Origin: Heterodontus francisci
Taxonomy: Eukaryota
Direction: 5' to 3'
Length of the DNA: 64,000 nt
Assembly (NCBI RefSeq): GCF_036365525.1
Contig: NC_090386.1
Location: 35,511,360 to 35,575,359, forward strand
Shown: piece by piece, positions 1-12,447 of the stretch
Layout of the letters: each line of letters starts with the position of its first letter
Numbering within the stretch: position 1 is the first letter of the stretch
Program-made: the position numbers and the translations under genes
The notes under the pieces: generated by a model
The model's input: only the letters and a program-made list of their open reading frames with translations
Database searches by the model: none
What the model was told of the DNA's origin: nothing

Positions 1-94
1 CAGTGAATGAGGAAAAGTAAAGTGCGGGACTGTTGGTGAATGAGGAATTGGGGTTGCTGTTCAGGCAGCAGATGTATTGTTTTAGCTTACCAGT

Positions 95-900
95 GATCTG
101 CACATGGCAGCATAGCTTTCATTGTATGCATGCTGTGGGTTGTGCACTGGAGTCATCCTACATGTCATTAGCACATTGCCCTTGTCACCCAGTAGCTACC
201 CTGTAATTTGCTGTGTTGGCTCAAATGCAGTTGGTACAGCAGATTGCTGCAGAATGAAGGCATCATGACTGCTGCCAGGATACCAAGCATTCACCTACAT
301 GATTCTCTGCCTATGGTTACACACTAGCTGGATGTTGAGGGAGTGGAATCTGTTTTGGTTCTGATATAGGGCAGAGTTGACATACAGTGCTCGCAAAGTG
401 ATGTGCACGCAGTCAAAGGTAGTCTGCACCATGGGGAAGGCTGCAATCCTAGCAAAGCTATGTGCCTGATCTGCCTGCTGCTCTCTGGCAAGGAAGAATG
501 AAATGTTGTTAGCTCTCTTGGAATACAGAGCCTCAGTATCCTCCCTTATGCAACACTGGATGGCAAACTGTGAGATGTTGCATGTATCTCTATCTCCAGC
601 CTGGAAGGAGCCAGATGCATAAAAGTTCATTGCCATGGTCACTTTCACAGCCACTAGCAATGTGGTCCTTGCCCCATTCGGCATTGTTGTTGTGGCTGCA
701 GCATCTGGCAGATTACAGTAAGGACGTCCCTACTGCAGCACAGGCATTTCACACATTGTTCCTCTCTGAGGTTCAGGTATGAGAATTGTTCCCTGAGCAC
801 CCTGGGCTGATATGGCCTCCTGCTGAGAACGCTTCTCCCCTACCTCCTCTTCCCTCTTCCAGCAACTTGTCCTGCTCTGTGTGCTCTCTGCTCATTCTCC
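95..900 (-). pseudogene. PIF/Harbinger DDE transposase remnant (HARBI1-like)
   Basis: ORF 295-684 has KVTMAMNFYASGSFQ, FPMVQTTFDCVH and FHSLNIQLVCN. Manual translation further downstream on minus gives YPGSSHDAFILQQS and LLGDKG with stops. These are Harbinger transposase motifs. Confidence 0.85.
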
Positions 901-1644
901 AAGCCATGCTGTATTCCAAGGGGAATGCCTACTAGAATACTCATGTCTGAGAGCAACTGATTTGTGCAAAAGCCTTGAAGTCAGCAAAACGTTCTTCAAT
1001 GCCTGCCACACCACTCCCTGTAGACATTTTCAACTTTAAAGACCTGTAGAAAGCACCAAATACTTGAAGAACTATAGAAACAGTCAGAAGAAATTGACCA
1101 GCAACTAACCTATAAGTAGTTGATGATCCCTTTAAATAGCACTGTTGGTGGTGGGGGTTGGCGAGTGGGGTCCTTCCTACTGAACGAGTGTTCAGCTATG
1201 CAAGGTAAGGAGAGGACAGTAGCTGGAGCTTTGAGCTCCACAATGAGACCTCTGCTGTCAAATCAGTTTTGCATGCTGATTGACCTTACTCTCCATACAT
1301 CTGGTTTGCATTCACTGCATGCACGCTAATGCCTACATCAATATAGCATCTGGCATGGTTTGTTCCAAAAGTGTGCATGCATTCCATGGATGCCATTTTG
1401 AAGATCTAATGGCACTTTTAACACCCAAAAGCGATTGCAAACAATCCTAATTTCTCACCCTAGAAGCTTTACATCTAAACAAACATAATGGCGTGTATAT
1501 GTAGAACAGACAATGGGGCCACGGGCACTGTCTGAGTATGTGACAATGGGATGGCTGCTCTGCTTGCCCATAGGCTGTACTGAAGCATTGTCATGCTATC
1601 ACATGATGTCATCTCATTTACATGATTTTGCAGTGTTCCTGGTA

Positions 1645-1880
1645 TAAATCAGCTCAGTGCTAACCATATCATCTCTGAATCAGAATGGTTGTGCGTTCAA
1701 GCCCCACTCTGGCACTTATACACAGAATCTAGGCTAACAGATAAGTGCAGTTCTGAGAGAGTGTGGCATTGTTGAGAGTGTCATCTTTCAGATGAAACAT
1801 TAAACCAAGGCCCCATATGCTTGTTCCGGTGATCTCAGAAGATCCCACACCACTATTCAATGAAAAGGACTTCTGGTAAT
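1645..1880 (+). mobile_element. DeuSINE/SacSINE1-like tRNA-derived SINE fragment
   Basis: tRNA-like head (gctcagtg...gttcaagcccc) followed by Deu-domain-like tctttcagatgaaacattaaaccaaggcccc...gaagatccc. Related copies lie elsewhere in the window. Confidence 0.65.
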
Positions 1881-2900
1881 TTATCTCATTGCCATTTATT
1901 TCACTGTTCTTATAGGTTGCTTTTGCAGCCAATGAACCTTCTGTGTTTTGAGCTGGTTACATCTCTGATGACTATCTCAGTTCTTGCTGGTGAAGAGCAG
2001 ATTTATCAGGGAACCCAGAGCCCAACATCACAAGGATGAGTAAATTCACCTACGAGTATTAACTCCACACTAACACTATGACTAATAATAAGAAATAACT
2101 AATAAAAGCAGAACCTTCTGGAAATACACAGCAGAGTTAGTCAGCTTCTGGAAAGTCAAGAAAGGTAAATATTTTTGGTGGGATCCTTTCAAACTTTACA
2201 AGTGCCTATCAGTTTAAAGAATTGACTGACTCCATTGTGTTTCCCCCTTACTTTTCTTTCTGGATTTCTGCCATTTCCAATTGTGGGTAGTTTTTATATA
2301 TTAGCACTGCCGTGCTGAGCTATAATTGGGAATTCAGGTGTAGTGGTCAGCTTATCTTGTATAATTCCCTGTCCATTTGACCAAAACCTATGGCACCTGA
2401 ATTCCTGATTTAAAACCTGTGCTGGGACTACTGATTTATAAAATCAACGACCTCACCTTTAAAAGATTCTCTTTTTGTCTGTTCTATCGCCTACTCATCA
2501 ATCCTAATAAGACAGCAGCAGGCTATCAGAATCAACTGAGTACAATTTGAGTAGCTTCTACAATTTGAGTAGCTTCTACCTCCTTAACCCAAACATTTAC
2601 AATTTCCACCACAGTTGCTTGAAAACCATTCATTATTTTCCTTCATCACACTAGCAGCCCTTTTCAATTTTTAATGATTCAATATTAAAGGATATAATAC
2701 ATTTAAATTAATTGAGACATCTGAGGGTAGAAATTGTTATTGGCAATGTTATTCTGCAAAGGATATTTGTGCCAAATTTCTCTCTTCAATATTTAAAAGT
2801 TTAAATTAAACGGTTGGATGCCTCCATTAAAACAATGAAGACCAGGAATTTGGCAGTTTCTACTCTTTCATTTGATTTAACATATCCAACAAATTTCTGA

Positions 2901-3713
2901 CCTTTAAAGAAAATACCTACCCAGGAGTCCTTGCTGCCGTCCAGCTTCCGGTTCCTCCCGCGCCAAAAGTAACTTGAACACAAGGAAAACAGTAAGTACA
3001 ACTTTTAAAACACAGCTCCTGGTGCCTTCACTTACCCACCGAAGAGTCGCTACCTTCTCCTGCTGCTCCGCCGGGAAATGAGGCCGAGTCCACGGAGCTC
3101 CGCACCTTTAAAGAAAATACCTACCCAGGAGTCCTTGCTGCCGTCCAGCTTCCGGTTCCTCCCGCGCCAAAAGTAACTTGAACACAAGGAAAACAGTAAG
3201 TACAACTTTTAAAACACAGCTCCTGGTGCCTTCACTTACCCACCGAAGAGTCGCTACCTTCTCCTGCTGCTCCGCCGGGAAATGAGGCCGAGTCCACGGA
3301 GCTCCGCACCTTTAAAGAAAATACCTACCCAGGAGTCCTTGCTGCCGTCCAGCTTCCGGTTCCTCCCGCGCCAAAAGTAACTTGAACACAAGGAAAACAG
3401 TAAGTACAACTTTTAAAACACAGCTCCTGGTGCCTTCACTTACCCACCGAAGAGTCGCTACCTTCTCCTGCTGCTCCGCCGGGAAATGAGGCCGAGTCCA
3501 CGGAGCTCCGCACCTTTAAAGAAAATACCTACCCAGGAGTCCTTGCTGCCGTCCAGCTTCCGGTTCCTCCCGCGCCAAAAGTAACTTGAACACAAGGAAA
3601 ACAGTAAGTACAACTTTTAAAACACAGCTCCTGGTGCCTTCACTTACCCACCGAAGAGTCGCTACCTTCTCCTGCTGCTCCGCCGGGAAATGAGGCCGAG
3701 TCCACGGAGCTCC
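2901..3713. repeat. Tandem array, 204 bp unit x ~4, units apparently identical
   Basis: The unit cctttaaagaaaatacctacccagg...ccacggagctccgca starts at 2901, 3105, 3309 and 3513. The last copy stops 3 nt short, at 3713. Confidence 0.97.
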
Positions 3714-4253
3714 TTGAAGTTTATCACTATCCTCCTCACAGTTCACAATACTTCCAAGTTCTGTGTCATCCGCGAATTTTGAAATTGTGCCCTGAACACC
3801 AGGTCATTAAGATATCAAGAAAAGCATTGGACCCAACACAACCCCTGGGGAACCCCACTGTATACCTTCCTCCAGTCTGAAAAACAACTGTCACAACTAC
3901 TCTCTGTTTCCTGTCACTCAGCCAATTTCGTATCCATGCTACTACTATCCCATTCATTCCATGGGCTCTAACTTTTCTGACAAGCCTGTTATGTGGCACT
4001 TTATCAAATGTCTTTTGTAAGTCCATGCACACCACATCAACTACATTACTCTCATCAACCATCTCTGTTGCCTCATCAAAAAACTCAAGCAAGTTAGTTA
4101 AACACAATTTGTTCTTAACAAATCCATGCTGGCTTTCCTTAATTAATCCACATTTGTCCAAGTATCTATTAATTTTGATCCGAATTATTGTTTCTAAAAG
4201 CTTTCCCACCACTGCAGTTAAACTGACTGGCCTGAAATTGGTGGGCTTGTCCT
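3714..4253 (-). mobile_element. CR1 LINE RT fragment (downstream part of a copy split by the Gypsy at 4254-12493)
   Basis: ORF 3766-4212: ESQHGFVKNKLCLTNLLEFFDE...DLQKTFDKVPHNRL...WIRNWLSDRKQRVVV. Continues as NCEEDSDKLQ. Confidence 0.92.
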
Positions 4254-4460
4254 TGTACTATACTGGTCTTTAATATTAAATGAGGATAGTAGACTTTGGG
4301 TCAAAATAACAGGAGTTTATTTACAGGAGTCTTATCTCTAAGGCATCTACGTTAACATTGAATCACATGGGGTTCGGACTTGTGGCATCATATCCTGTGA
4401 TGATGCTTAAGGCCTATATACATAATCTACCCAGCAACAGCTTATGTACAGTATACTACA
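4254..4460 (-). repeat. 3' LTR of the minus-strand Gypsy
   Basis: tgta...taca ends; homologous to 11203-11377 plus 12450-12493; adjacent polypurine tract (tcttccccca on plus). Confidence 0.9.
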
Positions 4461-5820
4461 TCTTCCCCCAAGTCTCTGACTTCATTCATCAGGTTTGTAA
4501 CGCTGCAGTGTTCTCATGACTCTGCCATAGCGTGTTCTTCTTTCACTTGTTTGGGATATTGGGTCTTTCGGTTCTTCTTCCTCGCTTTCCTGTGGGTGAG
4601 TGGAACTACTGGATGACTTAGGTTCTCTGTTTTCACTGTCATTGGGTGATCTGTTGTTGGTTGTATCACCAGTTCATCAGCTTTCTCTGGTAGCTGATTC
4701 TCATGAATTTTCCCCATTTGTTTTTTGCTGTGATGTCAGCTCCAAAGATCTTCTATTTCTTCTCACCCATCCCTGGTCTGTCTGAACATTGTAGGATTGA
4801 GGATATGGAGATTTCTCCATCACTTCCCCATATCGACCCTGATCTTTAGTCCAAAACAAATCTCCAGGTCATTGCTCTGTTTGATTTTTTACTCTGTAGC
4901 ATCTATCATGATTCTCTGTTTTGATTGACCTCTCTTTCTCTTCTCTCACCCTCACACTTTCCTGGTCTTCTGCACCAAAACATGGCTAAAGGGTTCTTGG
5001 GAGTGTGTGTAGTTGTGTCCTTAACCTCCTACCCATTAGCAACTTACATGGAACCAACGCATTCTGAAGTGGCGTTGATAGATAGTTTAATGGTGCCAGC
5101 TGAAAATCCTCATTCTTTTTCAGTAGCATTTTCATGGTTTGAATGTATTTCTCCACTTCTCCATTGCCTTGGGGATACCTCGGTGAACTTGTAACATGGG
5201 AAAACCTAGAAATTTCTGCAAAATCTTTGAAAGCTGCATTTGCGAGTTGTGGGCCATTATCGGAGATCACTAAATGTGGAATGTCCAATGTGGCGAAAAT
5301 GTCTTTTAATGATTTGATTACAGCTTCAGAACTCAGCCCATGTTTTGGTTTGACTTCAACCCATCTGGAGTAATAGTCAATGACAATAAGGAAAATCTTC
5401 CCATATATGTTCAAACAGGTCCATTCCCAGGCGCTCCCATGGCCTGGATGGAAACGAAGATGACATCAGTGGCTCTTTAGTGTCTTGTGTGGTAGTAACG
5501 CATGTGATACACCTGGAAATCATATCTTCGATCTCCTTGGAAACACCAGGCCATCATATCGAGTTTCTATCTCTTGCTCTCACTTGGTGATTTCTAAGTG
5601 CTCTTAGTGTTGTTTCTTTAGGATGTCCAACTTTAAAGCCCTTGGAATAACTAGTCTTTCGACATAGACTAGTAAGTCACCCACAATAGTAAGATGGCTC
5701 CTTTGCTCATGATATTTTCTTAAAACCAGGTTATTCAGCATATATTCTGGCCAACCTTCTTGACAAAACTATTTTAATTTTTCGCAGACTTCATCCTCTT
5801 TCTGTAGGTTTCTAATTTGA

Positions 5821-7050
5821 GGAAGTGACAAAGTTGATTGATGAGGGAAGGGCTGTAGATGTCATATACATGGACTTCAGTAAGGCGTTTGATAAGGTTC
5901 CCCATGGTGGGCTGATGGAGAAAGTGAAGTCGCATGGGGTCCAGGGTGTACTCGCTAGATGAATAAAGAACTGGCTGGGCAACAGGAGACAGAGAGTAGC
6001 AGTGGAAGGGAGTTTCTCAAAATGGAGACGTGTGACCAGTGGTGTTCCACAGGGATCCGTGCTGGGACCACTGTTGCTGTGATATACATAAATGCTTTGG
6101 AGGAAAGTATAGGTGGTCTGATTAGCAAGTTTGCAAACGACACTAAGATTGGTAGAGTAGCAGATAGTGAAGGGGACTGTCAGAGAATACAGCAGAATAT
6201 AGATAGATTGGAGAGTTGGGCAGAGAAATGGCAGATGGAGTTCAATCAGGGCAAATGCGAGGTGATGCATTTTGGAAGATCCAATTCAAGAGTGAACTAT
6301 ACAGTAAATGGAAAAGTCCTGGGGAAAATTGATATACAGAGAGATTTGGGTGTTCAGGTCCATTGTTCCCTGAAGGTGGCAATGCAGGTCAATAGAGTGG
6401 TCAAGAAGGCATACGGCATGCTTTCCTTCATCAGACGGGGTATTGAGTACAAGAGTTGGCAGGTCATGTTACAGTTGTATAAGACTTTGGTTCGGCCACA
6501 TTTGGAATACTGCGTGCAGTTCTGGTCGCCACATTACCAAAAGGATGTAGATGCTTTGGAGAGGGTGCAGAGGAGGTGCACCAGGATGGTGCCTGGTATG
6601 GAGGGCGCTAGCTATGAAGAGAGGTTGAGTAGATTAGGATTATTTTCATTAGAAAGACGGAGGTTGAGGGGGGACCTGATTGAGGTGTACAAAATCATGA
6701 GAGGTATAGACAGGGTGGATAGCAAGAAGCTTTTTCCCAGAGTGGGGGATTCAATTACGAGGGGTCACGAGTTCAAAGTGAGAGGGGAAAAGTTTAGGGG
6801 GGATATGCGTGGAAAGTTCTTTACGCAGAGGGTGGTGGGTGCCTGGAATGCGTTGCCAGCGGAGGTGGTAGACGCGGGCACGATAGCGTCTTTTAAGATG
6901 TATCTAGACAGATACATGAATGGGCAGGAAGCAAAGAAATACAGACCCTTAGAAAATAGGCGACATGTTTAGGTAGAGGATCTGGATCGGCGCAGGCTTG
7001 GAGGGCCGAAGGGCCTGTTCCTGTGCTGTAATTTTCTTTGTTCTTTGTTC
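5821..7050 (+). mobile_element. 5'-truncated CR1 (HER1-like) LINE inserted in Gypsy pol
   Basis: RT C-half (MDFSKAFDKVPH, GVPQGSVLGP, KFANDTK, LVRPHLEYCVQFWSP, RRRLRGDLIEVYK), tail gggccgaagggcctgtt and (ttctttg)n. tttga is duplicated at 5816-5820 and 7051-7055. It has a stop, a frameshift and FADD changed to FAND. Confidence 0.95.
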
Positions 7051-9113
7051 TTTGACATAGTCTTTGAGCAGTTGCCGGCAAATCTTCAGTTATAGCTTAC
7101 ACAAAGACTTCCACTTCCACCAGGAATGAGACATCTCCCACTTCAGGTATAACAATTGATGCTCTTGATAATGCATCAGCTGTTACCTGCTATTTCCCTG
7201 GGACATATTCAGTTGTTGTGTCATATCTCATTAGCTGTAGTCGAAATCTCTGTACCCTTGGGAGTAATTTTGCTAACTCCTTTGAATAAGCAACATCAAG
7301 TAGTGGCTTGTGGTCAGTTTCAATCTTGACCTTGAGGCCCAGTATGTAATCTGAAAATTTCTCACATGCCCAAATTGCTGGCAATGGTAAAGTACACAGC
7401 CTGCTTCGCCCACCTTTTTGAATCTGAAACAAGACTGCACCTAATCCTGTTACCGATGCACCTGCTGCAATGATAATCATGAGCTCTGGATTTTAGTGTG
7501 CTAATACTGATGAAGTTAACATTTCCTTGATCTTCTCGAAAGAATTTTTCTGGCAGGCTCCCCAGCACCAGGCATTGCTGTTCTTTAGAAGTTTTCGTAC
7601 AGGCTCGTTAATAGTGGCTGGATTTGGTAGGAATTTCCCTACCTGGTTAACCGCACCCATAAATCACTGTAAAACTATTATGTTCTTTGGCACTGGGAAA
7701 TCCTTTATTACCTTCATCTTCTGTGGATTTATCTTGATGCCAGATCCAACAATATGTGGCCAAGGAACCTCGCTGTCAACTGTGACAATGCACACTTCTC
7801 AGTTAATGTGAGACCAGCCTCTTTTAATCTAGGTAATACCACTCTTACCCTTGTGTCGTGTTTTTCTTGGTTTGCTCCATGATTAAGAACATCATCCAGA
7901 TGGCAGATAATACCCTCTAAACCTTCTAGAAGTCTGGACATCATCCGCTGGAATATCTTTGGTGCTGACAAAATACCAAATGGCTATCTGTTGAAACACA
8001 ATCTTCTGAAAGGTGTAATAAAGATAGTTAACAATTTAGACTCTTTGTCTAAAGGCAACTGCCAAAATTTGCTATTTGCATCTAATTTGGTGAATATGGA
8101 GCTTTTTCCCAATTTGGATTGTTTGTTTGTTTGTCTGACAGAATAGGGGGAATCTCTCTGGCTACAGCTTTATTGAGTTGGGTAAGGTCCACACAAATCC
8201 TAATTGATCCATTTGGTTTCTTTACTGGAACCATTCCAGAGCACCACCTAACGGGTTTAGTTACTGCAGAAATAAAACCTTGGTTTAGCATGACATCAAT
8301 TTCCTTCTTTACCTTTTTCAGGAGTGGGTGTGGGACCTTTCTCGGTGTGAACAAACATACTGGTTCTCCCTCTTTGTTGACAATCATGTGATACTCTGTT
8401 TTTAATTTTCCCAATCCTTCATAAAACTTGGGGAATTCAGCTCTAAGATCACTGAGCTGTTTCGCTTGTCCCTTGATTTCTTCCACCCTGCATTACAGCT
8501 ATAAGGCTAAACAAGCTTTCTTATTGTGTAGTGAACGGGCTTGGTTCTTTATAACATATAGGGTTTCCAGAATGGTGTTATTCCTGTGTGTTACGATTGT
8601 TTGTATTTCTCCTACAACTCTTAACTGAATTCCTCCCAGTCAGTATAATTTCTATAATAAAAACAAGAAATGCTGGAATCGCTCAGCAGGTCTGGCAGCA
8701 TCTGTGGAAAGAGAAGCATAGGTAACGTTTCGGGTCAGTGACCCTTCTTCGGAACTGACAAATATTAGCAAAGTCACAGATTATAAGCAAGTGAGGTGGG
8801 GGTGGGGCAAGAGATAACAAAGGAGAGGGTGTAGATTGGACCAGGCCACATAGCTGACCAAAAGGTCACGGAGCAAAGGCAAACAATATGTTAATGGTGT
8901 GTTGAAAGACAAAGCATTAGTACAGATTAGGTGTAAATACACTGAATATTGAACAGCAGCAAGTGCAAACCTGAAAAAAAACAGTGGGTAAGCAAACTGA
9001 ACAAACTAAGATGAAATGAAATAAATGCAAAAAAAGATTGTAAAAAATGTAAAAAAGAATGTAAAAACAAGGAAGAAAAAAATAACTAAAAATGAAAGTA
9101 AAATGGGGGGCTG

Positions 9114-9860
9114 TCATGCTCTGAAATTATTGAACTCAATGTTCAGTCCGGCAGGCTGCAGTGTGCCTAATCGATAGATGAGATGCTGTTCCTCGAGCTT
9201 GCGTTGATGTTCACTGGAACACTGCAGCAATCCCAGGACAGAGATGTGAGTATGAGAACAGGGGGGAGTGTTGAAATGGCAAGCAACCGGAAGCTCAGGG
9301 TCATGCTTGCGGACTGAGCGGAGATGTTCCGCAAAGCGGTCACCCAGTCTGCGCTTGGTCTCCCCAATGTAGAGGAGACCACACTGTGAGCAGCGAATAC
9401 AGTATACTACATTGAAAGAAGTACAAGTAAATCGCTGCTTCACCTGAAAGGAGTGTTTGGGGCCTGGGATAGTGAGGAGAGAGGAGGTAAATGGGCAGGT
9501 ATTACACCTCCTGCGATTGCAGGGGAAGGGGCCATGGGATGGGGACGAGGTGGTGGGGGTAATGGAGGAGTGGACCAGGGTGTCGCGGAGGGAACGATCC
9601 CTTCGGAATGCTGACAGGGGAAGGGAGGGGAAGATGCGACTGGTAGTGGCATCACGCTGGAGGTGGCGAAAATGGCGGAGGATGATCCTTTGGATATGGA
9701 GGCTGGTGGGATGAAAAGTGAGGACAAGGGGAACCCTGTCACGGTTCTGGAAGGGAGGGGAAGGGGTGAGGGCAGAGGTGTGGGGAATGGGTCGGACACG
9801 GTTGAGGGCCCTGTCAACCACAGTGGGGGGAAATCCTCGGTTGAGGAAAAAGGAGGTCAT
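9114..9860 (-). CDS. C-terminal part of PLE polyprotein: RT thumb/linker, Cys-rich linker and GIY-YIG endonuclease (5'-truncated)
   Basis: Open frame with FLNRGFP, RVPLVLTFHP, CNRRRCNTCP, NVVYCIRCSQCGLLYIGETKRRLGDRFAEH, PVACHFN and GTLQPAGLN. Confidence 0.88.
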   Translation of the reverse strand: MTSFFLNRGFPPTVVDRALNRVRPIPHTSALTPSPPFQNRDRVPLVLTFHPTSLHIQRIILRHFRHLQRDATTSRIFPSLPLSAFRRDRSLRDTLVHSSITPTTSSPSHGPFPCNRRRCNTCPFTSSLLTIPGPKHSFQVKQRFTCTSFNVVYCIRCSQCGLLYIGETKRRLGDRFAEHLRSVRKHDPELPVACHFNTPPCSHTHISVLGLLQCSSEHQRKLEEQHLIYRLGTLQPAGLNIEFNNFRA

Positions 9861-10071
9861 ATCAGAAGCACCGTCATGGAAGGTAGCATCATCAGAGCAG
9901 ATGCGTCGGAGACAGAGAAACTGGGGGAATGGAATGGAATCATATTGTTTGCCTTTGCTCCGTGACCTTTTGGTCAGCTATGTGGCCTGGTCCAATCTAC
10001 ACCTTCTCCTTTGTTATCTCTTGCCCCACCCCCACCTCACTTGCTTATAATCTGTGACTTTTCTAATATTT

Positions 10072-10115
10072 GTCAGTTCCGAAGAAGGGTCACTGACCCG
10101 AAACGTTACTTCTGC
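10072..10115 (+). ncRNA. Variant minimal hammerhead-like motif in pLTR (second copy at 8716-8759 on minus)
   Basis: CCGAAGA-a-GGGTCA-c-TGACCC-GAAAcgTTA. The core has C in place of U4 in both copies; the stem III region is the palindrome AACGTT. Confidence 0.5.
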
Positions 10116-11377
10116 TTCTCTTTCCACAGATGCTGCCAGACCTGCTGAGTGATTCCAGCATTTCTTGTTTTTATTTCAGATTTCCAGCATCCGCAGTATT
10201 TTGCTTTTATTTCAGTATAATTTTTAGTTGGTTTTCATAAGCCTTTCCTTCCTCAGCCATGGCATTTTATCAGATGGGGCAGAAACAGCTGCTCCTGTAT
10301 TCAACTTGAAGTTGGTTTTATCTTTCCCCACTAAGACTTCTGCTTCCCAGCAATCTTTGTTTTTTCTCTTGCACTCCCCCAAGGAAGTATTGACTGTTTT
10401 TATTTTATTTCATTTATTTTTTTGTTAGTCTGCAACTTTTGTTTCTTGTTTTGACAGACCTGCTGAAAGTTCCCCCTTTTCTTGTACCAGAAACATTCAG
10501 CTTCCCTGGCTGGGCAGATTTCCCACCGGTGCCGCTTCCGGCCACACCTACTGCAATTCAGTGTTGCTGCCTGTAGGTGTCTTTCCCGCCTCTCCGGCTT
10601 TCTGGTGTCATTATTCTCTATCCACAATTTTCAAGGTTGGGCTCTTCCGATACCCCTAAAATAATAGTCAATTACATTTTTGGACCTCTGTCTGCCTGCC
10701 TGCTCAACAGAATGGCCTTTTGCAAAATCAAATCCTCTTTCAACAGAAGCTGGTCTGACAGCGCTTTGTCTATGACCCCGACTACTATTCTGTCCTGAAT
10801 CAGTTCTTCTCGCAAGCTCCTGTCGTCACAATTCTTTGTTATTTTATATAGATCATTAATGAATTAATCAATACTTTCACCATCTTTGTTGAATTTTGCC
10901 CTTTCTACGATAACATTCTTTCTGATCTTAAAGTATTCCTCCAAGGCTTTTATTACTTAGCCATATGGGGTTTCCTTTTCATTGATTCCCAGGGTAGTTA
11001 AAATATCGTCCCATGGTGTAAAGTACTGACCTGCTCCTTGTCTGGTCAATGTAGAATGGTACCTGTCGAATCTTGGGATCCATCTTGGCCACACCTCAGC
11101 TTGGTTGGGCCCCACTGCTCATTTGAAACTCTCCAGTAAGGGTATTGATTTTTCCATACTTCTCTCCAATGCCTGCAAATGTCATGTGTACTATTGCCAC
11201 CATATACTATACTGGTCAGTGTGCCATTAATATTAAATGAGAATAGTAGACTTTGGGTCAAAGTAGCAGGAGTTTATTTACAGGGCTCTTATTTCTAAAG
11301 GCATCTATATTAACACTGAGCCACATGAGGTTCAGACGCGTGACATCACATTCTGTGATGATGCTTCAGGTCTCTAT

Positions 11378-12447
11378 TGTTACAAGAGGTTTTATTTTTG
11401 TACTAAAGTCTTTGAATTCTGTGTGTTTTTAAAAAAAACAACTTAAAAAAAAGGATTTTCAGTGGACATGGACCTCTGTAAACAGCTGAAATTTTTGGAT
11501 GTCGACTTTGAATACAAGAATAGGAAAGCAAGCAGTTTCAAGGAAGCCAGCCAGGGGTTGGCCTCCTCAGAGCAACACTTTGAATGATGAGGAGATACTC
11601 TGTCTGGTCATGTGATTGGTTCAGGAAAGTTTTTGCTTTCACTTTGGACACTTTTTAAAACCAGTGAGTTGGACAAAGAGCAGGCATTTGAAATTTGGCT
11701 GTGACCTGCCGGGAGAGAGAGATAGACACTCTCTGTAGAGGAAAACTGTATCTCGAGGGAAGAGACCCCCGTATGTCAGAGGTAGCAGATTCCTATTACT
11801 TCCTGTCTCTGAAGAATCCCTGCATTCAGAGTGGATCCTGTTGCCTCCTGTGTTTTGGGGACCCTGAAATCTGAAGGAAGCTTCTACGGCTATACTGCTG
11901 TTGTGAGACCTCGGCAGACCTGTTGCTACACCCCTGCTGAAAGACCCCTATGTGGCGCCTGATGTAGTCAAATTGCTTTGAACACCTACACATCACAGAC
12001 TGTTCTTCAATCTCGCCTGGAGAGACTTTGAGTGGCATCCAACTATTCAACACTAGGACACCTCATCGAACCAAAAACATCCAACCAGAATGTGACAAAC
12101 TCAATTATTTTTATTATTCCTTTTATTCCAATGAAACAGCTGTAAACCAAAACCATTTTCCCAGTTAACTTTTTTTTTGAATGTATGGGTGTGTGCATGT
12201 GAGCTAGGAAAATAAGGAGCTTCCATATATATAGATTTATCTCATTAGTGGCTAAGACTTATTATTCTTTTTTCTAATAAATAGTTAATGTTGTTGTTGT
12301 TTAAAGAAATCTGGTTGGTATGCTTTATTCTGGGGGACAAATAGAATGCCTAATTGGCTATTCTTCAGTAGGTGGGAAAATTTATTGATATGCCCGTGGA
12401 GAAGTGGGACTGAATTAACAGTGTATTTCTCCCGCCTAGGTCATAAC
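11378..12447 (+). mobile_element. Solo LTR inserted in the 5' LTR of the Gypsy
   Basis: Starts tgttac and ends cataac. The host LTR resumes on both sides. Its right end is the reverse complement homologue of the start of 45839-46807 (agtcccacttctccac). Confidence 0.8.

Larger units (their letters stand above)
8652..10211 (-). mobile_element. 5'-truncated Penelope-like element (Neptune-type) with inverted pLTR
   Basis: ~230 bp inverted repeat (8658-8890 vs 9941-10173) around a GIY-YIG ORF. 12-bp TSD tcagtataattt at 8640-8651 and 10212-10223, interrupting the Gypsy protease region. Confidence 0.92.

Noticed and set aside
295-684. Host HARBI1 gene
   Set aside because: Stops and frameshifts, and three divergent transposase relics in the window, indicate transposon debris.
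2542-2579. 18-bp direct duplication acaatttgagtagcttct
   Set aside because: Simple local slippage with no associated structure.
2901-3713. CRISPR array or coding repeat (204 is divisible by 3)
   Set aside because: No unique spacers and a eukaryotic context. The ORF track shows no long frame running through the units.
5959-6972. Intact 337-aa reverse transcriptase gene
   Set aside because: The first ~40 aa are out of frame, the element is 5'-truncated, and the catalytic FADD reads FAND.
9440-10050. Pro/Ser-rich and Arg/Trp-rich ORFs
   Set aside because: Alternative-frame and antisense shadows of the PLE ORF.
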